DNA of 64,000 nucleotides from Flavobacteriales bacterium (lineage in GTDB: Bacteria > Bacteroidota > Bacteroidia > Flavobacteriales_G > JALEGO01), in assembly GCA_020631045.1 (NCBI GenBank), contig JAHDHZ010000006.1:6469-70468 (forward strand), in the 5' to 3' direction. This document shows positions 28,501 through 33,333 of this stretch, piece by piece (the first letter of the stretch is position 1; every line of letters begins with the position of its first letter). The position numbers and the translations under genes were made by a program. The notes under the pieces were generated by a model. It did not search any database. It saw nothing but the letters and a program-made list of their open reading frames with translations, and was not told the DNA's origin.

Positions 28501-29406
28501 TTCGCTTAAATCTCCACCATCACAGCTGTTTGAGCCGCTTGCGCAGCCGTAATCTCTTTTGTGTCTTCTTGTGTCGCTTACGCAATCACCATTTGAGCCA
28601 CAGTCTGAATCGGTAGGGCATCTTAATGTGCCGTCATTAGTAAGGTCTCCCTGAAAAGTGTGGTATAATCCAAAGGCATGCCCCAGTTCGTGAATGACTG
28701 TGATGTTGTGATTTGTGTAAGATTTTAGGTTGTACCCCTTGGTTTGGTTAGGGTCGTATCCAAAAGCATTGTAAAGAATTACTGCTCCGTCATTGCTGCT
28801 GTAAACCGGCGGAAGATAGGCGAATCCTTGTGTGCCTGAAGCACCGTCATTGTCGTTGATTTCACTAACAATCCAAATGTTATAGTAAATTTCTTTGGGC
28901 CATTTACTTAAATCTTTAATCTCGTTTTCATTATCTGCAGAGCCGTAATACACTAGACCAACATTTTGATAATTTGAAGTGTTTGAGGCGTTAATTCTGT
29001 TGATTCCATTTGTGCTGTTGCAGTTTGGATCTCTTTTGGCCAATTCAAATCGAATCAAAGTTTCGACACTTTGTGAAGAGTAGTTGCCACTGTAGGCATC
29101 ATTCAGAGATTGAACTGCACTTTGAATTTGAGCAGTAGAGATGTTAGATCCTTGACCAACAGGTTCTCCGTTGTGCATGATGTGTACTACTAGCGGAATG
29201 GTAAGTGTGTCTTGATTTGATTTTTGCTGAGTACTTAAAAGTGTGTTGTTTATTTTTTTATGATATTCTTTGACAAGATTTGAAAAGTCTGGTCTTCTAA
29301 GTAGTTCATTAAATATGTGATCGCTACCGCATTGCTCGTGCTGTTGAGCTTGTGTGAATTGCGTGAATAGCAGCAGTGCTGCAAAAAGTGTTGTTAAGCG
29401 GTTCAT
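25525..29406 (-). CDS. secreted M43-like (cytophagalysin/pappalysin-type) zinc metalloprotease with GEVED-type domain, SprB-type repeats, Cys-bracketed modules and T9SS type A sorting domain
   Basis: 1293 aa with a signal peptide. It has the metzincin motif HELGHAFGLYHTF (HExxHxxGxxH), GETEDYSV, four SprB-type repeats (QGASDGSxSxxVSGGSxPYTYNWSNG), five Cys-bracketed modules, and the C-terminus IYPNPSVAGSASSIRF...GVYTILVQQNTQKESKLLIIK. Confidence 0.8.
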   Translation of the reverse strand: MNRLTTLFAALLLFTQFTQAQQHEQCGSDHIFNELLRRPDFSNLVKEYHKKINNTLLSTQQKSNQDTLTIPLVVHIMHNGEPVGQGSNISTAQIQSAVQSLNDAYSGNYSSQSVETLIRFELAKRDPNCNSTNGINRINASNTSNYQNVGLVYYGSADNENEIKDLSKWPKEIYYNIWIVSEINDNDGASGTQGFAYLPPVYSSNDGAVILYNAFGYDPNQTKGYNLKSYTNHNITVIHELGHAFGLYHTFQGDLTNDGTLRCPTDSDCGSNGDCVSDTRRHKRDYGCASGSNSCDGGDLSEISSNFLSYSSDACQTNFTQGQKDRMRAAILTERSGLISSSALIAPSNNTNPAQACLTTTTNTNNYFGYGIRNVTLNTLDVSSLSTSGDGGYNDRTCFYFTALEKTSTYSISIKNGINTENIKVFIDYNNDGDFSDASEEVFSSQNKTLHTGSIATPSNLTENQFLRMRVISDKSNNSISSACYNPEMGETEDYSVVFYGSSQPDPIATTQLTQNFCNSTASSMQQTIQCTPVSNASQYEFHILNTNGSPHDVLTQSSNNFSLNSIQNITYNQTYLVKVRSMVNNAWSEFGNTCQLSTPACQNTLLVSYTNETIQGASDGSASVSISGGSAPYTYNWSNGATQQSLQNLSPNNYSVSVYDAFSCLTTENFTIQAGSDPCQNFSVSISSANETTQGASDGSASLNVSGGSAPYTYNWSNGANTASISNLAPATYTATVTDNNNCSEVKSVSVNAGNDPCQNFSVSISSTNETTQGASDGSVSLNVSGGSVPYTYNWSNGANTGSISNLAPATYTATVTDNNNCSDVKSVSVNAGNDPCQNFSVSISSTNETTQGASDGSVSLNVSGGSVPYTYNWSNGANTGSISNLAPATYTATVTDNNNCSDVKSVSIDAGTVQIATTEIHHSQCNTLLNAIDELIYCTPINSAQQYMFEITYPDQSIQYVLSTNNAINLVNQAGIEFDATYHMRVKIQSNNVWGGYAASCSITTPAPPALTTEVQAAYCGTTLSSFTDHIQCNALTNAQEYKWRFITSDGQVIEHPRATQSNLLVLDDVNELQYSSTYQISVKARINNAWQTYGTSCAITTPSAPTTEVKQEFCGQTLDRITDFIECNELSGAEKYIWQITNRQTLEVEEYIRDVNQNDFTFIWLENAQSATTYELRVKAQINGRITEYGSHCQVTTPSDFTTSNQWLNNTSSIIESIYPNPSVAGSASSIRFTNENHKNIMIYNASMQEVFSSSTKAKSIDLPSHLSTGVYTILVQQNTQKESKLLIIK
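26681..27391. repeat. in-frame 237-bp (79-codon) tandem repeat, three full units; units 1 and 2 identical
   Basis: 26681-26917 and 26918-27154 read identically base for base by eye. 27155-27391 is a diverged third unit, and a fourth more diverged unit follows to ~27600. All lie inside the metalloprotease CDS. Confidence 0.9.
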
Positions 29407-29460
29407 CTGTGTTGTTGTTTTGAACCTGCTTTACGCAATAAAAAAATAAAAGGTTACTTG

Positions 29461-30819
29461 CTAAAGAAAAGATGCTGGACAGAACTCGTCACTAAAAAAC
29501 TGATTTTCAGGAATTTTTATGTGTGTTTTTTTTGTTCCTATCAAGATGATGTTCTGAACAATCTCTGAGTTGTTTTTGCTTTGAATTGGATGGATGGATA
29601 GCTTGAAATAAGCAGAAAAACTTTGCTTAATGGCTCCTAAAATGTATTGGTTTGTGTCTTTTAAACTCGCTAAGACATTGATCTGTAAAAGACCATTTTT
29701 GTTGAGTCGTTGATGTGCTTTTTTAGCAGTTTCTATAGTAGTTAAATGATCTGGAATGTTTTTTTCTGAAGTAAATACATCAAATACAATCTGGTCATAT
29801 ACCTGATCGCTGGTGTTTAAAAAATAACGCGCATCTTGGTGAATGCATTGAAAATTTTCTGACAGTTTTACATCAAATTCACTTTGCGCAAGCTTTGTAA
29901 GTGTTTGATCTATTTCTACTACTTGTATGTGGCTGTTAGGATGGTTTTTGTAAATATAATTAGGGAGGCTCATGGCTGCTCCGCCCAGAAACAATAGATG
30001 TTCTTTGTGCTTGTGGTCTAATATATTATCTGCAATAAATTGATTGTAAGGGTATACAAGTGTGTCTTTTGTGTTAGATTTTGCAGAATTAATGTGGTTA
30101 CCCAGTTGTAATACTTTTGTTTCGGTTTTTGGATCATCGAAAATGAGTACCCGGTTGTAAAGTGTATCTAAGTCAATGTAATTCATCTTTGTTGATTTGT
30201 AGCTTTGATAAAAGCATAGTAAGCTTATGCATATAACAAGAAGTGATTGCTTGAATTGTTTGGTATATAGCAAGCAATTGGTCAGTAACATGAAAGCTAA
30301 AGCGTAAAGTGTTTTTTGACTTGAAAGATTGGGGATAAGTATAAATACAGTACTCCAAATGCCAATTAATGCGCCTATTGATCCTGCAATGTATAGTTGA
30401 CTTATGAGTTTTGTGTTTTCTTGTTTTTCAACACGGTAAATACAGATAGGAATGATGCTCAACAAACATGTCGGGATGTAAAAAAGACACATGCTTGCAC
30501 AAATAGTACCAATATGTTGATTGATTTGTGCGCTCAGTAAATAATGTAGTATGTTGTTTTTGAAAATGTTGAGAAAGATGATGCTTAAAGCTGAAGAAAC
30601 TAAGATTTGAAGAATGATTCTATTTTGATTCTTTAAATGAGTAATTTTTTGAGCAAGAAAATAGCCAGTACTCATGGCAATTAAAATAGTTGAGATGATC
30701 GCTGCCCATGTGATGGTTGATGTGCCAAAAAAAGGTGCAATAATTCTGGTAGCTGAAAGCTCAAGACTCATGATGACCACGTTGCAAATGATAATGGTGA
30801 TGAAACTTGTAGCTTTCAT
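29461..30819 (-). CDS. fused polytopic membrane domain / spermidine-synthase-like protein
   Basis: 452 aa. The N-terminal ~200 aa hold multiple TM helices. The C-terminal LLFLGGAAMSLPNYI...IQVVEIDQTL...HQDARYFL...YDQIVFDVF are spermidine-synthase-fold SAM/polyamine motifs. Confidence 0.6.
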   Translation of the reverse strand: MKATSFITIIICNVVIMSLELSATRIIAPFFGTSTITWAAIISTILIAMSTGYFLAQKITHLKNQNRIILQILVSSALSIIFLNIFKNNILHYLLSAQINQHIGTICASMCLFYIPTCLLSIIPICIYRVEKQENTKLISQLYIAGSIGALIGIWSTVFILIPNLSSQKTLYALAFMLLTNCLLYTKQFKQSLLVICISLLCFYQSYKSTKMNYIDLDTLYNRVLIFDDPKTETKVLQLGNHINSAKSNTKDTLVYPYNQFIADNILDHKHKEHLLFLGGAAMSLPNYIYKNHPNSHIQVVEIDQTLTKLAQSEFDVKLSENFQCIHQDARYFLNTSDQVYDQIVFDVFTSEKNIPDHLTTIETAKKAHQRLNKNGLLQINVLASLKDTNQYILGAIKQSFSAYFKLSIHPIQSKNNSEIVQNIILIGTKKTHIKIPENQFFSDEFCPASFL

Positions 30820-30820
30820 T

Positions 30821-30828
30821 TAAATTTG
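30821..30828 (+). promoter_or_regulatory. candidate -7 box TAAATTTG only 4 nt upstream of the ATG at 30833
   Basis: Exact TAnnTTTG match inside the 13-bp divergent intergenic spacer 30820-30832. Confidence 0.3.
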
Positions 30829-30832
30829 TGGT

Positions 30833-31399
30833 ATGAAAGAGAAGTGGTTTTTAAACTTATTTGTTGCTTTGAGCTTCTCATTTGTCTGTCTGCATTTCTT
30901 TTTTTCTGGCATTTACTTAACTGATGGCAAATATACGCCCTTTGCTTTGAATGCTTGGGTTTATCGCTATGTGCAGTTGGGGTTTTATCAAGATTGGCGA
31001 TTGTTTGCCCCTGAAGCTCCTTCTTGTCATGTAGGTTTTGTTTATGAATTAGATTCTAATAAAGTGAGTGATCACTTATTTTTAGGTAAAACCTACTTTA
31101 AGTCGATTGCCTTAAATCCTTTGAGTAGTAAAGGCATGCAGTACAGGGTAGTTCAGGCTTTGTCAAGAAATATGTTAAAAGCACACCATATAGTTCAAAA
31201 TTTACCTCAAAATGAGCGACTGAATTATCTATTAAAAGACCAGGCGGTCAAAAAGGCACTAAAACTTATTAAAAAAGAACACAAGACAGCAAAATCTGTT
31301 CGATTTACTTATTTATGTGCACAATTCGATGATTCTTTAAATTTAGATTACAGTTTAAGTACCGATAAACAAACTTTTATATGGTTGCCCATTGACTAG
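30833..31399 (+). CDS. DUF5819/SdpA-like membrane-anchored protein (partner of the following HTTM-like protein)
   Basis: 188 aa with an N-terminal TM helix. The motif FYQDWRLFAPEAP is one I associate from memory with DUF5819/SdpA-family partners of HTTM proteins. It overlaps the next gene by 8 nt. Confidence 0.5.
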   Translation: MKEKWFLNLFVALSFSFVCLHFFFSGIYLTDGKYTPFALNAWVYRYVQLGFYQDWRLFAPEAPSCHVGFVYELDSNKVSDHLFLGKTYFKSIALNPLSSKGMQYRVVQALSRNMLKAHHIVQNLPQNERLNYLLKDQAVKKALKLIKKEHKTAKSVRFTYLCAQFDDSLNLDYSLSTDKQTFIWLPID

Positions 31400-32234
31400 A
31401 GCTTTAACATATTATTTTTTTTGGTTTCAAAGACTCGCATATACAGCTTTGTTGATCTTTTTTGCCTACACACTAATTGATGTAGACTTTTTCTATTTTG
31501 ATCAAACACTCTTGAATCAAACTAATTTTGTTCAAGGTGTTTTGTATCAGTTTAGCCATCAGCTAAAAGATGCAAACCCTTTTAAGATATGGGTTTTTAT
31601 TTTAGTGTATGCATCAGCTTTGATTTATGGGATAATTGTAAAAGCTCATTTTTTTCATCGGCTATTAGTTTGGTTCTTTACCCTTCAGCTTTTCAGCTTG
31701 CTTGCCGAAGTGTTGACAGGAGGGCACAACTTGATGTTGATCTTACTGTTCTTTCATATTTTTTTCTTTTACTCAGAAAAGCAAGCTCATCAGAAAGTGA
31801 GTCGCGTGATGTGGTGGGGAGCTAAAAATCAGTTTTTGTGGATGTATGCTTGGTCGTTGTATTTTAAGTTAAAGGGAGAAGATTGGATGAGTGGAAGGGC
31901 TCTTGAAATTGTTTTTAGCGATAAGATTTATAGTGTAGATTGGGTTACTCAGATAGTACAGTATTTAAATCTCACTGAACTATTTACCTATTTGATACTG
32001 TTCTATCATGTTATTTTTATTGTGTACTTGAGTCTTGATTTATTTTTTAGACGAAGGCCTTTCAAGAACTTGGTCTTCATGTTAGGGGTGAGCTTTCACT
32101 TGAGCATTGCCCTTGTGGTAGGCTTGCCAGATTTTAGTTTGTTTGTATTTGCTGGTTATGTGTTGGTTTTTGCTCAAGATAGGTATATCCTACCAAAATA
32201 CAGATCAAAATTGGAGATTGTACAAAGCCCATAA
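31392..32234 (+). CDS. HTTM/SdpB-like polytopic membrane protein
   Basis: 280 aa with at least 6 TM helices. LTGGHNLMLILLFF and YFKLKGEDWMSGRALEIVF resemble HTTM (vitamin-K-carboxylase-related, SdpB-family) conserved blocks. Confidence 0.5.
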   Translation: MTRALTYYFFWFQRLAYTALLIFFAYTLIDVDFFYFDQTLLNQTNFVQGVLYQFSHQLKDANPFKIWVFILVYASALIYGIIVKAHFFHRLLVWFFTLQLFSLLAEVLTGGHNLMLILLFFHIFFFYSEKQAHQKVSRVMWWGAKNQFLWMYAWSLYFKLKGEDWMSGRALEIVFSDKIYSVDWVTQIVQYLNLTELFTYLILFYHVIFIVYLSLDLFFRRRPFKNLVFMLGVSFHLSIALVVGLPDFSLFVFAGYVLVFAQDRYILPKYRSKLEIVQSP

Positions 32235-32625
32235 TGTATCTGCTTAGTGGATAAAACTCAGTTGATTTAGACAAGCAGTATCCTAAGGTAAGTATGCCAA
32301 AAGCTAAAAGAGTAAGCCCTGTATAGATCACACTAATTTGTTTGAAGAAGTATTTTTTAAATAACAGCCAATGTATCGATAAGGCACATAGATAATACAA
32401 CAAAGAGAATACAAGGGTTAAGAGATATTTGCCGTAGTAAAGTTGAAGATAAGAAAGTCCTTGAAACAAGTCTTGAGATGTTTGGTTGAAGTAAGTATGG
32501 TTGTTGTTGTATAAAAAGGCGAGTTGATAGTTTAAGTGAACAAATAAGAAGTCTCTTAAAAAACCCAGAACAATAATAAAGGAGAGTAAAACTAAGATTG
32601 AAATTTTTTTACCCATAAATACCAC
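32134..32625 (-). CDS. exosortase F system-associated membrane protein
   Basis: 163 aa with four TM helices, immediately 3' of and overlapping the XrtF-like gene. Its size and topology fit the family that always neighbours XrtF. An alternative ATG lies at 32616. Confidence 0.6.
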   Translation of the reverse strand: MVFMGKKISILVLLSFIIVLGFLRDFLFVHLNYQLAFLYNNNHTYFNQTSQDLFQGLSYLQLYYGKYLLTLVFSLLYYLCALSIHWLLFKKYFFKQISVIYTGLTLLAFGILTLGYCLSKSTEFYPLSRYIMGFVQSPILICILVGYTYLEQKPTHNQQIQTN

Positions 32626-33155
32626 AAAAAGAAGATAAATGCATAAACGATAATCGTAAAGGTGTAGGTATGGTTAAAGTCAAGTGCCTGGGGCGCATAC
32701 AGAGAAATAAGACAAAGGGCACTGATGCGAAGAACATTGAGTAGGTGGATGAGTGTAATTCCTGAAATGATGTAGATCAGTTTGTGCCATATTTTACCAG
32801 GAAAAGCAATAATAAAACCTGTAAAAAGAGCAAAAAGAGCAATGCCATTACAATTATCGCCAATCCAAACGCCATGAGAGCCATCTATGCCAAGGGTTAC
32901 AATTCCTGTGTCGTAACTGCTAAAATCAATTAATGTGTAGCCAATGCTTTTTAAAAAAAAGCTGCTGCATAAAGCTAAATTGTGAATGACAGCATCATCA
33001 AGAATTCTAGTTTGATGTAAGCAAACATCGTAAACAACATACCACAATAAGTAGATGATTAGACATTTGATTAAAAATAGCTTTGAAGCAGAAGTGTTGT
33101 TAAACACGTGTATTTTTTTCTCTTGAAAGTTTGTAGCCAGCTGCGAGCCCAACAA
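32592..33155 (-). CDS. xrtF: exosortase family protein XrtF
   Basis: 187 aa polytopic membrane protein. It has the exosortase catalytic-type motifs in the expected order: Cys in IGDNCNGIALFALF, Arg in LLNVLRISALCL, His in FNHTYTF. The short length is typical of the Flavobacteriia XrtF subclass. The start is uncertain, because the ORF overlaps the upstream small ORF by 56 nt. Confidence 0.7.
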   Translation of the reverse strand: MLGSQLATNFQEKKIHVFNNTSASKLFLIKCLIIYLLWYVVYDVCLHQTRILDDAVIHNLALCSSFFLKSIGYTLIDFSSYDTGIVTLGIDGSHGVWIGDNCNGIALFALFTGFIIAFPGKIWHKLIYIISGITLIHLLNVLRISALCLISLYAPQALDFNHTYTFTIIVYAFIFFLWYLWVKKFQS

Positions 33156-33324
33156 GTGCTAAAATGCCTGCTCCTCCGTCAATAGGAACGCAAGGTGGTG
33201 GCCAACAAGGAGGGGTTGATCCACCAGCCGGTGGTGGTGGTGGTGCAAACAGCTGCTTAGGCTGAAGTGCTGTAAAAGCAAGTGTCGCTATAAGTATGAA
33301 AATTATTTTTCTCAACGTTTGCAA
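33100..33324 (-). CDS. 74-aa secreted Pro/Cys-rich mini-protein with exosortase-type C-terminal sorting signal (PID-GG / TM helix / basic tail)
   Basis: TTG start. MQTLRKIIFILIATLAFTA|LQPKQLFAPPPPPAGGSTPPCWPPPCV-PIDGG-AGILALVGLAAGY-KLSREKNTRV reads as signal peptide, ~27-aa core, then the tripartite motif/TM/basic architecture of PEP-CTERM-class signals. It starts 9 nt after the upstream stop and lies directly 5' of xrtF. Confidence 0.6.
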   Translation of the reverse strand: MQTLRKIIFILIATLAFTALQPKQLFAPPPPPAGGSTPPCWPPPCVPIDGGAGILALVGLAAGYKLSREKNTRV

Positions 33325-33333
33325 ATGTACGAA

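Noticed and set aside
31589-31825. 78-aa plus-strand ORF in an alternative frame inside the HTTM-like gene
   Set aside because: It is fully nested within a longer ORF whose product has coherent TM-helix structure. The nested product is Ser/Cys-rich and featureless.
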